Source of the DNA: an uncultured Gemmatimonadales bacterium
Lineage (GTDB): Bacteria > Gemmatimonadota > Gemmatimonadetes > Gemmatimonadales > GWC2-71-9
NCBI GenBank assembly: GCA_963711915.1
Contig: CAVQGA010000003.1
Coordinates: 73,231 to 137,230, forward strand
Reading direction: 5' to 3'
Length of the DNA stretch: 64,000 nucleotides
Under the pieces are notes generated by a model. The model did no database searches and was not told the DNA's origin. It was given only the letters and a program-made list of their open reading frames with translations. Both the position numbers and the translations under genes were made by a program. This document shows positions 1 to 8,342 of this stretch, one piece after another (position 1 is the stretch's first letter; the number at the start of each line of letters is the position of its first letter).

Positions 1-619
1 GAGCCGGATCGGCTTCACGTTGCGCGCCGGAGCCGGCCGAATCCTGCCCTACGGCAACAGCATCCCGGCGGCGGGCGACGAGTCGCCGTTCGTGAGCCTG
101 CTTCGGTTACGCGACGTCACGTTCACGGCCGGCGGCAGCCGGGACGTCAGAGGGTGGGGCACGCTCCTGCTCGGTCCCAAGCTGCCCCAGGTCCAGCTCC
201 AGGCCAGCGGCGACACCACGGTGGCCGTCTCCGACAGGTACACGCCGGTCGGCGGCCTCGCACGGCTGGTCGGCAGCGTGGAGCTCCACTTCCCGATGCC
301 GGTGCTGAGCGAGGCATTCCAGCCGTATCTGTTCTATGACGCCGGCCGGATCTGGATCCCGGACTCGCGGTTCGCGCTCGACGCCGGGGAGCTGGATCAG
401 GACGGATACTACCAATCGGTCGGCGTGGGGATCGGCTACGCAACGGTCATCGGGGCGATCCAGGTCGCCTTGGGCTACAAGTTGAACCCGTCGGCCATCG
501 ACCTGAGGTCGCCGCAGGACGTGCTCGACGCGCTCGAGGCCGGGACGCCGATCGACGCGGCCCCCACGTCGGCGTCGCGCCGATTTCACCTGCACTTCTC
601 CATCGGCACCAGCTTCTGA
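1..619 (+). CDS. Omp85/BamA-TamA family outer-membrane protein, C-terminal beta-barrel part (5' end upstream of window)
   Basis: The frame is open from nt 2, with no stop before the listed TTG at 20. Translation carries Omp85 barrel motifs (GGSRDVRGW, FYDAGRIW, GVGIGY). It ends in the aromatic OMP signature ...HFSIGTSF*. Confidence 0.75.
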   Translation, partial: SRIGFTLRAGAGRILPYGNSIPAAGDESPFVSLLRLRDVTFTAGGSRDVRGWGTLLLGPKLPQVQLQASGDTTVAVSDRYTPVGGLARLVGSVELHFPMPVLSEAFQPYLFYDAGRIWIPDSRFALDAGELDQDGYYQSVGVGIGYATVIGAIQVALGYKLNPSAIDLRSPQDVLDALEAGTPIDAAPTSASRRFHLHFSIGTSF

Positions 620-673
620 AGGCGCGGTGACCCCCGCCACGGCACCTCCACCCCCCTCGCCCCACTCTGCAGC

Positions 674-1354
674 ATGTCACCGCCCCCCGCCCTCGGTCAC
701 CGCATCTTTCTGCTCTCCCCGGCGCACACCGGCGGCAAGCGCGCCACGCTCCTGCTGGGTGGGCGCGGCCGGTTTCCCCTGGCCCAGCGGCTGCAGGCAG
801 GCGACACGGTCACCCTGGGGGAGGCGTTCAGTTTTCTGAGCGGCCTCTACTTTCGCGGCAAGCTGACCTACGCCCGGCGCTTCGCGCACCCGCCTCCAGG
901 CGTCCTCGGCGTTCGGGTCATCACCAGCAATCGCGGCCTCCTCCCGGCGGACGCCGAGCTCACGCTGGACGAGCTGCGTGCTTTCGCGGACACCGAGATC
1001 CGATCCGATGAGCCGCGCTATCGCGACCCGCTGCAGCGGGACCTCGCGGCCATCGACAGCGCGGTGGTGCCGGGTGACGCGCCGCCCGAGCTCGTACTCC
1101 TGGGCAGCGTGGCGACCGGCAAGTACGTGGACGTGCTGACCGCGGCCGCGGGCTCACGGGTGCTGTTTCCGGCCGAGTTCGTGGGCCGGGGCGACATGAG
1201 CCGAGGCGCGCTCCTGCTCCGGGCAGCGCGTGAGGGCCGCGAGCTCGAGTGCAGGGCAGTCCTGACGACCGCGCGCCGCGGCCCGCGTCCGAGAAAGGCA
1301 TCCGATGGCGACGACACGCCCGCCGCGCTCCTCGCGGATACCGTCCGGGGTTGA
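674..1354 (+). CDS. conserved hypothetical protein, 226 aa, no signal peptide; family not recognised
   Basis: ATG-initiated ORF with protein-like composition (IFLLSPAHTGGKRATLLL ... LLGSVATGKYVDVL ... FVGRGDMSRGALLLR). Its last 50 nt overlap the LigD-Pol gene start on the same strand. Confidence 0.6.
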   Translation: MSPPPALGHRIFLLSPAHTGGKRATLLLGGRGRFPLAQRLQAGDTVTLGEAFSFLSGLYFRGKLTYARRFAHPPPGVLGVRVITSNRGLLPADAELTLDELRAFADTEIRSDEPRYRDPLQRDLAAIDSAVVPGDAPPELVLLGSVATGKYVDVLTAAAGSRVLFPAEFVGRGDMSRGALLLRAAREGRELECRAVLTTARRGPRPRKASDGDDTPAALLADTVRG

Positions 1355-2249
1355 CGACGCCGTCGTCCGCCTCGGACGACGAAGCGTCGCGCTGACCCAT
1401 CTGGACAAGACCTTCTGGCCCGAGCGGGGCTACACCAAGCGTGACCTGCTGCAGTACTACGCCGACGTGTCGGCCGTCCTCCTGCCGCACCTGCGCGACC
1501 GCGCGATGGTGATGAAGCGCTATCCGAACGGCATTCACGGCAAGTGCTTCTTCATGAAGCGGACACCGCCGCGGCACCCGGAATGGCTGGAGACTTGCAC
1601 CATCGCCCACAAGGCTGCGGGCCGAATCGCGTTTCCGATGGTCCAGGACCTCGCCTCGCTTCTCTGGGTGGTGAACCTGGGATGCATCGACCTGAATCCC
1701 TGGTATGCACGCTGCGACGACACCGGCCGGCCGGATGCCGTCAATTTCGATCTCGATCCGGGGCCGGGCGCGGGATTCGGGCGCGTGCGCGAGACCGCGC
1801 TCGTCGTGCGTGACGCGCTCGAGTCGCTCGGCATGCGCCCGCTGGTGAAGACGACCGGCTCGAGCGGCATGCACGTCTACGTGCCGATCGTCCGGGGCCC
1901 GCTGCAGAAGGCGGTCTGGGGGTTCGCCAAGCGGCTGGCGCAGGAGCTCGAGCGGCGGCATCCGAAGCTGATCACGGCGGAGTACCGGATCGCGAAGCGT
2001 CCTCGCGGGCGGGTGCTGGTCGACTACAACCAGAACGCGTGGGGACGGACGCTCGCGTCGATCTACTCGGTCCGGCCCACGCGCGAGGCGACGGTCTCGG
2101 CACCGGTCACGTGGCAGGAGGTCGAGCGGGGCGTCGAGATCGGCGACTTCCGGTTGGCGACGTTCCCAGCGCGGGTCCGCCGGCTCGGAGACCTCTGGCA
2201 GCCCCTGCTCGCCACCCGCGGCCGGTTCCGGCTGGAGCCACTGGTATGA
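1305..2249 (+). CDS. stand-alone LigD polymerase/primase (PolDom, AEP) domain protein
   Basis: Matches LigD Pol motifs: LTHLDKTFWPERGYTKRDLLQYYADV, KRYPNGIHGKCFFMKR, NFDLDPGPG, KTTGSSGMHVYVPI. The stop overlaps the next start (ATGA at 2246-2249). Confidence 0.9.
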   Translation: MATTRPPRSSRIPSGVDDAVVRLGRRSVALTHLDKTFWPERGYTKRDLLQYYADVSAVLLPHLRDRAMVMKRYPNGIHGKCFFMKRTPPRHPEWLETCTIAHKAAGRIAFPMVQDLASLLWVVNLGCIDLNPWYARCDDTGRPDAVNFDLDPGPGAGFGRVRETALVVRDALESLGMRPLVKTTGSSGMHVYVPIVRGPLQKAVWGFAKRLAQELERRHPKLITAEYRIAKRPRGRVLVDYNQNAWGRTLASIYSVRPTREATVSAPVTWQEVERGVEIGDFRLATFPARVRRLGDLWQPLLATRGRFRLEPLV

Positions 2250-3247
2250 GCCTGCCACTGCGGCTCTCCTACGCACCGATGGAGGCCGAGAGAGCGGCCG
2301 AGCTGCCGAGTGGCGCCGCGTGGCAGTACGAGCCCAAGTGGGACGGCTTCCGCGCGCTCGCGTTCCGGGACCACGAGGTGATCCATCTCCAGAGCAAGGC
2401 GGGCAAGCCGCTGGCCCGGTACTTCCCCGACGTGGTGGAGACGCTCGGGGCGCTGGAGTCTTTGCGGTTCGTGCTGGACGGCGAGATCGTCATTCCGGTG
2501 CACGGCCGGCTCTCGTTCGACGAGCTGCTGCTCAGGGTGCATCCCGCGGCGAGCCGGGTGCGTACGCTGGTGGAGGCCCACCGGGCACGCATGGTGGTGT
2601 TCGACCTGCTGGTGGATGACCGCGGCCGCTCGCTGGTGGATCTCCCGCTCGAGGTTCGCCGGGAGCGGCTCGAGGCATTCGCCAAGCGGTTCTTCCCGGC
2701 CGACGGTTCGATCCAGCTCTCGCGCGCCACGCGGCAGCTTCGGACCGCGCGGACCTGGCTGGCCCGCGGCGGGGACGGCGACCTCGACGGTGTGGTGGCG
2801 AAGCGGCTCGACCTGCCGTACCGTACCGGCGAGCGCGACGGGATGCTCAAGGTCAAGCGCCAGCGGACGGCGGACTGCGTCGTCGGGGGCTTTCGATATG
2901 CGTCCAAGGGTGGCGGCATCGGCTCGCTGCTCCTGGGATTGTTCGACCCCGAGGGCCGGCTCGACCACGTGGGCTTCTGCTCCAACCTGGGCGCGGAGTC
3001 CCGCCTCGGCCTGCGCGAGAAGGTCGAGCGCCTGCGCCGGCCGCCGGGATTCACCGGGCGGGCGCCCGGAGGGCCGAGCCGGTGGAGCACCGAGCGCTCG
3101 GCGCAGTGGGAGCCGCTCAGCCCGACGCTGGTCGTCGAGGTCGGGTACGACCACGTGTCCCACGGCAGGTTCCGCCACGGCACGAAGTTCCTGCGCTGGC
3201 GGCCGGACAAGGCCGCACGACAATGCACGCTGGAGCAGATCGCATGA
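2246..3247 (+). CDS. ATP-dependent DNA ligase, short LigC / LigD-ligase-domain type (333 aa)
   Basis: I place the start at the internal ATG at 2246 (MSLPLRLSY...). The upstream part of listed ORF 2039-3247 is Arg/Pro-rich junk. Ligase motifs are present: YEPKWDGFR (KxDG), VLDGEIV, LDGVVAKR, MLKVKRQRTADCVVGG. Confidence 0.9.
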   Translation: MSLPLRLSYAPMEAERAAELPSGAAWQYEPKWDGFRALAFRDHEVIHLQSKAGKPLARYFPDVVETLGALESLRFVLDGEIVIPVHGRLSFDELLLRVHPAASRVRTLVEAHRARMVVFDLLVDDRGRSLVDLPLEVRRERLEAFAKRFFPADGSIQLSRATRQLRTARTWLARGGDGDLDGVVAKRLDLPYRTGERDGMLKVKRQRTADCVVGGFRYASKGGGIGSLLLGLFDPEGRLDHVGFCSNLGAESRLGLREKVERLRRPPGFTGRAPGGPSRWSTERSAQWEPLSPTLVVEVGYDHVSHGRFRHGTKFLRWRPDKAARQCTLEQIA

Positions 3248-3903
3248 AGAAGACGGAGCGGACGAAGAAGACATCGGGATCGTCGGCGCGGCTGGTGGAG
3301 TACCGGCGGAAGCGGGACTTTGCCCGCACGGCCGAGCCCAGGGGCGGCCGTCGCAAGGCGGCGCGAAAGCTTCAATACGTGATTCAGAAGCACGCGGCGA
3401 GCCACCTGCATTTCGACCTCCGGCTGGAGCTGGACGGCGTCATGAAGAGCTGGGCGGTACCCAAGGGACCGAGCCTCGATCCTTCGGTCAAGCGGCTCGC
3501 GATGCAGGTGGAGGATCACCCGGTCGAATACAACACGTTCGAGGGCACGATTCCCAAGGGCGAATACGGCGGCGGTACGGTGATGGTGTGGGACCGGGGC
3601 ACCTACAGCTACGGCGGCGACGACGAGGGCGACCCCGTCGAGGCGCTCCGGCACGGCTACGAGAAAGGCGACTTCAAGGTCGAGCTCCACGGCAAGCGCC
3701 TGAAGGGCTCGTGGGTACTGGTGCGAACCCGCCGCGGCGACCCGAAGCGGGCCCAGTGGCTCCTCATCAAGCATCGCGACGAGGCGGCGGAGCCTGGGTC
3801 GGACGTGGTCGAGGAGTTCCAGACCTCCGCGGCGACAGGCCGGACGATGGACGAGATCGCGGCTGGCAGGAAGGCGCGTGCCCGACGAGGAGCGGCATCG
3901 TGA
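3244..3903 (+). CDS. stand-alone LigD 3'-phosphoesterase (PE) domain protein
   Basis: The start ATG at 3244 overlaps the ligase stop (ATGA). PE motifs are present: YRRKRDFARTAEP, HLHFDLRLELDGVMKSWAVPKGPS, VEDHPVEYNTFEGTIPKGEYGGGTVMVWDRG. Confidence 0.9.
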   Translation: MKKTERTKKTSGSSARLVEYRRKRDFARTAEPRGGRRKAARKLQYVIQKHAASHLHFDLRLELDGVMKSWAVPKGPSLDPSVKRLAMQVEDHPVEYNTFEGTIPKGEYGGGTVMVWDRGTYSYGGDDEGDPVEALRHGYEKGDFKVELHGKRLKGSWVLVRTRRGDPKRAQWLLIKHRDEAAEPGSDVVEEFQTSAATGRTMDEIAAGRKARARRGAAS

Positions 3904-4502
3904 GGCGGGCGCCCGTGCTCGGCCTCGTGCTCGTTACCGCGCTGGCCCCGGCGTGCGGCAGAGATCGCTCCGGCGGCGACGCCGTCGCTCGCGACGCGAG
4001 CGCTTCGGTCGACTCGACGAAGTTCGGCGACGACCGCGCCGCCCAGGGGGACACCGCACGGATCGCGCCCGACGTCATCCTGCTGGAGGGCCTGGTCGAC
4101 CAGTACGAACGTCTCGACGTGGTGATGGACGAGCTGGCCGGGCCCACGAGCGGAAGTCCCGTCCAGGGCCATGCATCGAGCGGAGATCGGCACGAGGATG
4201 CCGCCAAGGCCCGGCTGCTCGACCTGCTGCAGCGGGAATTCGGGGAGCGCTATCAGCCACGGACGCCCGCGAAGACGGCGCGCCTCACCGATTCGATCGG
4301 CCGTCTGCCGCACGACGCCGGCACCCATGCCCTGGACGCCCTCGTGCTGACCCACCACCGCCGGGTCGCCCGCTCGATTGCCGCCGGGCTCCCCTCGGTG
4401 CGGAACGCCCGGGTCCGGGCGGAGCTGGTCGACCTGTCCGAACGGCTCCGACAGGAGATCGAAAAGCTGAGCGCCCGGCGGCCGCCTAGCGGATCCGGAT
4501 GA
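3900..4502 (+). CDS. putative secreted/lipo-protein, helical, HH-containing (possibly DUF305/DUF4142-like four-helix bundle)
   Basis: Only the last ~200 codons of listed ORF 2616-4502 look coding. A GTG at 3900 overlaps the PE stop (GTGA). The N-terminus VRRAPVLGLVLVTALAPAC is signal-peptide-like with a weak lipobox. Confidence 0.55.
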   Translation: MRRAPVLGLVLVTALAPACGRDRSGGDAVARDASASVDSTKFGDDRAAQGDTARIAPDVILLEGLVDQYERLDVVMDELAGPTSGSPVQGHASSGDRHEDAAKARLLDLLQREFGERYQPRTPAKTARLTDSIGRLPHDAGTHALDALVLTHHRRVARSIAAGLPSVRNARVRAELVDLSERLRQEIEKLSARRPPSGSG

Positions 4503-6246
4503 GCTTTGCCTTCGAGGGCACGTCGTTGCCGTTGAGGATGAACAGCATGTACCAGCCCGGCGGCGCCAGGTTCCGGCTCGCCGGCGCCGTCACGGTGACG
4601 CCGCCCGTCGCCGGCTTGAAGGTGAGCCACATGAACCGCTGGGTGTAGTTGAAGGCGTGGGTGGCCGAGCCGATCGCGATCAGGCTCACCTTGCTCACCG
4701 TGGCAGCCGACGGGGTGGAGACCAGGAACGACGACCCGTACACAGCCGAGCTCGGGGCGCTGGAGATCGTCGGCCGCGTGCCCTTGAACAGATAGGGCGG
4801 GGAGTAGAACTCGGCGCTCTTCTCGTCCGGTGCCGCCGTGCCGTCGGCGAGCAGCGCGTTGCCGCTGCCGGCGTGGAGCACCCGTCCGTCGGGCAGCAGC
4901 AGAGTCGTCGAGTGGTACGTCCGGTTGACGGCATTGCTGGCCACCTGAGTCCAGCCGCCGGTGCCCGGATTCCAGATCTCGGCCACCCGCACGGCCAGGC
5001 TGGGCTCGTTGAAGCTGGTGCCTCGGCTTCCGCCGGTGACCAGAACTTCCCCCGTGGGCAGCATGGTGGCGTTGAGATGCCGGCGGGGGTAGGCCATCGG
5101 CTTCGCCCACTGCCACTTGGGAGACGCCTGGTTCAAGTCGATCGTCTCCGCCGTGGGTGTGGTGCGCCCGCCACCGGCGTACAAAATCTTGCCCGGCAGA
5201 TACATGACCGCCGCACCATAGTCCCGGGTGCCGTAGAGCCGCGTGGCGACGAACCCCCAGTTCCCCGTCCCCGAAGTGTTGAGGTACCGAGTGGTGCTCG
5301 CCTCCCCCGCGTAGAAGACCTTCCCGTTCGGCGCCACGAAGGTCCGCGGATAGTACGGCAGCGACTTGCTCGCGGTCGTCAGGCTCCGCCAGGAGGTGCC
5401 GTTCCACACCTCGGGGATCGTCGCGTCCGCCCCGTTCTGGTCGCGGCCGGCCATGACGACGATCTGGCCGTTGGGCAGCTCCGTGGCGGTCGGGTACCAC
5501 CGGCCGTACGCCATCGGCGGTGCGCTGCTCCACGCGCGGCTCGACGGAGTGTAGATGTTCCCGTCGGGCAGCCCGTGGTCGTCGCTGATGTGCCCGCCGG
5601 CCACGAACAGCCGGCCGTCCGGGAGAAAGGCGTGCCCCGAACAGAAGATCCAGCTCGGCAGCGGCTTGACCGTGAACGAGCCGGTGGCGGGATCGAACTC
5701 GTACGGATCGCCGAACTTGCCCCACGCCAGGACCTTGCCGGTAGACAGCAGGTGCATGTGCACTGCCACGAGCGGCCAGGGAACCGGCGCGCTCCACTGC
5801 CCCGCCGTACTGGTCGCAGCGATGGCGAACGAGGGGTTGCCGGTGATGGGAGCGCAGGCGGTCCGCTCGTTGTCCCGGACGGTCAGCAACTGGTCGCCGC
5901 GGTAGACCGCGAGCCGGCCCTCGTGCTGGACGGAGAGCTTCACTTCGCTGAAGGCCGGATCCCCGGCGGGCGCCGGCCGCAGGGCTTGCTCGCCCTGCTC
6001 GTCGGTGCCCTGGACCCGCCACGTCACGCGCACGCCGAACGGGTGCGCGTTGATCAGGACGAATCGGTTGCCGCAGACGTAGAGCGCCCGGATCGGGGCC
6101 GTGTCGTCGGACTGCGCCGCGGGCTCGCCTGCGACGGACCCCGGGGGCGCCGGTGGGCCCGCGTCCCGGTCGCACGCGGCCAGGAGAATGAGCGCCAAGC
6201 TGAGGAGCCCGCGGGGGATGCGGCGACAGCGGGTCGGTCGTGGCAT
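4486..6246 (-). CDS. galactose oxidase / glyoxal oxidase-like lipoprotein (kelch beta-propeller + C-terminal DUF1929/E-set)
   Basis: I place the start at the ATG at 6246 (MPRPTRCRRIPRGLLSLALILLAAC, lipobox LAAC). Kelch-like repeats are present (GKVLAWG, DGRLFVAGGH, NGQIVVMAGR, GEVLVTGG). The tail GWYMLFILNGNDVPSKAKLIRI is typical of this family. Confidence 0.8.
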   Translation of the reverse strand: MPRPTRCRRIPRGLLSLALILLAACDRDAGPPAPPGSVAGEPAAQSDDTAPIRALYVCGNRFVLINAHPFGVRVTWRVQGTDEQGEQALRPAPAGDPAFSEVKLSVQHEGRLAVYRGDQLLTVRDNERTACAPITGNPSFAIAATSTAGQWSAPVPWPLVAVHMHLLSTGKVLAWGKFGDPYEFDPATGSFTVKPLPSWIFCSGHAFLPDGRLFVAGGHISDDHGLPDGNIYTPSSRAWSSAPPMAYGRWYPTATELPNGQIVVMAGRDQNGADATIPEVWNGTSWRSLTTASKSLPYYPRTFVAPNGKVFYAGEASTTRYLNTSGTGNWGFVATRLYGTRDYGAAVMYLPGKILYAGGGRTTPTAETIDLNQASPKWQWAKPMAYPRRHLNATMLPTGEVLVTGGSRGTSFNEPSLAVRVAEIWNPGTGGWTQVASNAVNRTYHSTTLLLPDGRVLHAGSGNALLADGTAAPDEKSAEFYSPPYLFKGTRPTISSAPSSAVYGSSFLVSTPSAATVSKVSLIAIGSATHAFNYTQRFMWLTFKPATGGVTVTAPASRNLAPPGWYMLFILNGNDVPSKAKLIRIR

Positions 6247-6422
6247 GCCAGGCTCTTCGAGGGAATGAACTGCAGTATATCCCCCGTTCCGCCTACTGAT
6301 CGTGAGTTGACTCACCGTTTCCCCCCTCCCGTGTGAGGCCCGACACCGCCCCCGGGGCGGCGCATCGCCATATGGAGGCCGTCACGCGAACCGCCGCCAG
6401 GACACTCGACTCCGGAGGAACG

Positions 6423-7067
6423 ATGCCAGCGACAACCCGGGTGGGACTGCTGCTCCTGCTCGCCGCCTGTGGCGGCGGGCGCGATCGGGCGAGCACCACG
6501 GACACCACCGCCATGTCCTCCCCTGCGCCTGCGAGCCAGCCGGACACCCAGCCCGCCGCTGCCCCCGCCGACACCGCGATGGCCCCGGCCCCCAAGATCC
6601 AGCCCGACACGACCGCCCGGAAAAGCTCGAGCGTCAAGCCGAGCGCGCGGCCGGCGCAGGATACCTCGAAAGCCGCGGCACAGGACACCTCGAAGGCCGC
6701 GGCCAAGGCCGCCGCGAAGCCCGCAGCCAAGCCCGCGGCCCCGGCGGCAGCCGCCGCGGGCGGCGGCCCGACCCCGCAGCAGATCGCCCTGGGCGACAGC
6801 ATCTTTCACGGGCAAGTCGCCGGCGGCACCTGCACGGCCTGCCATGGCCAGGACGCCAAGGGCACCGCCGTGGCCCCCGACCTGACGGACCAGCAGTGGA
6901 TCAACGGGGATGGCAGCTACAACTTCATCGTGCACACGGTGACGACCGGTGTGCCGCAGCCCAAGCAACACCCGGCGCCGATGCCCCCCAAGGGCGGCGC
7001 AACGCTAAGCGACGACCAGGTCAAGGCAGTCGCGGCCTACGTCTTCTCGCTGAGTCACAAGAGCTGA
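6423..7067 (+). CDS. lipoprotein c-type cytochrome (class I) with long Ala/Pro/Lys-rich linker
   Basis: Start at ATG 6423 (MPATTRVGLLLLLAACGGG, lipobox). Haem motif CTACHG is present. The distal Met region reads PAPMPPKG...QVKAVAAYVFSL. Confidence 0.85.
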   Translation: MPATTRVGLLLLLAACGGGRDRASTTDTTAMSSPAPASQPDTQPAAAPADTAMAPAPKIQPDTTARKSSSVKPSARPAQDTSKAAAQDTSKAAAKAAAKPAAKPAAPAAAAAGGGPTPQQIALGDSIFHGQVAGGTCTACHGQDAKGTAVAPDLTDQQWINGDGSYNFIVHTVTTGVPQPKQHPAPMPPKGGATLSDDQVKAVAAYVFSLSHKS

Positions 7068-7091
7068 GGGCGAGGCGGTGCCCGCCGGCGT

Positions 7092-8198
7092 TCACTGGCC
7101 GGCGGGCACCGTCAGCAGCGGTCCCGCCGCTCGGCTCTGGGCCGACTGCAGCGAGAAGAGGGTAGAGAGCAGCCCGAAGGTGGACTTGGCGTCGAGGTCG
7201 GTGTCGTCCACCCAGAACCAGTGATCGCGGTACCGCACGGTGATGAACGCCTTCGCCGGACGCGCCTCGGACGACCGCACCCGAAAGATCCCTCCCGTAA
7301 GACTGTGCCAGTCGGCGGCGCCGCCGTTCGGCATCCGGGTCTCGGTTACCAGGCCGGCGCGGACGTCGGCCTCGGGCACCTCGACTGTCTGCGAGAGGTA
7401 GTACATCGCGCCGAGCAGCGAGCGCAGGCGGATCCTGAGCGCATCCGGCCGGTCGCTGGTGCCGTCGTCGGGCGCCACGTCCAGCGTGGCCGAGGCCCCC
7501 TCGACGCCGAGCAGCGCACGCAGGCTGTCGAGGGCGGCGGCACCGGTGCGATCCTCGGCGGGGCCGGGCAGGATCCGAAGCCGCCCCTCCGGCCGACCGT
7601 CCGGGGCCCGCACGGTTTGAAGCCGGCCTTCCGCCTGGAGCACCCGCAGCAGGTGCGCCGCCGCATGGAACCGCGAGTCCAGCCGGACTTGAACCGGCGT
7701 GGGTCCGGCGGCGGCGGGCAGGTTCGGCAGACCGTTCATGCCGTTCGCGCAGCACAGCAGGATGCGCTCCACGCTCCAGCCCGACGCGGACAGGAGCATC
7801 AAGGTCTGGCCCGGCACCGGCTCGAGCAGGCGCCGCACGAACTCCTCTCCCTGCAGCGGCTGATACGTGATGGTCGGACTTTCGGCGAAGTCGGCGGCCA
7901 GGCTCGGCCCCAGCGTGCTCGGCTCGTCGTGGTTCACGCCGATCGACGCGGCCGCCCCGGCATGCCGAACCACCTGATACTGCGCCAGCACGGTCCCGAC
8001 TTCCAGGAAAAAGGGCGTGTCGCGATACCTCAGCCGCACCAGGTTGAGGAGCAGCTGCTCGTTCCACGATTGCGCGATGCGCTCGTTGTAGTCGAAGCGG
8101 GCCGGGGGAATAGTGCCCGGGCCATAGTTGGTCACGCAGCCGGCGGCCAGCGCGGCGAGGACCGAGAGAGCCGGGCGGAGACGGGAAGATCGGGGCAT
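7092..8198 (-). CDS. conserved hypothetical lipoprotein (368 aa)
   Basis: ATG ORF with signal peptide plus lipobox (LSVLAALAAGC) and protein-like composition (NLVRLRYRDTPFFLEV, YRDHWFWVDDTDLDAKSTFGLL). Family not recognised. Confidence 0.7.
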   Translation of the reverse strand: MPRSSRLRPALSVLAALAAGCVTNYGPGTIPPARFDYNERIAQSWNEQLLLNLVRLRYRDTPFFLEVGTVLAQYQVVRHAGAAASIGVNHDEPSTLGPSLAADFAESPTITYQPLQGEEFVRRLLEPVPGQTLMLLSASGWSVERILLCCANGMNGLPNLPAAAGPTPVQVRLDSRFHAAAHLLRVLQAEGRLQTVRAPDGRPEGRLRILPGPAEDRTGAAALDSLRALLGVEGASATLDVAPDDGTSDRPDALRIRLRSLLGAMYYLSQTVEVPEADVRAGLVTETRMPNGGAADWHSLTGGIFRVRSSEARPAKAFITVRYRDHWFWVDDTDLDAKSTFGLLSTLFSLQSAQSRAAGPLLTVPAGQ

Positions 8199-8342
8199 GG
8201 GTGACCCCTATCTTAAGCCCGCTCTGCCCGGTTCCGATACTGCTTGCTTCGCCTGTCACTGCCTCGCCGTTGGGGACGCGACGTCCGCTGACTCTGCGGA
8301 TGACTGTGACCGTCCTGACCCTGCCGCCTTCGCCGGGCAGGG

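Noticed and set aside
2616-4502. 628-aa ORF overlapping the ligase and PE genes
   Set aside because: Only the last ~200 codons (from GTG 3900) are protein-like. The rest is an out-of-frame shadow of the ligase and PE genes.
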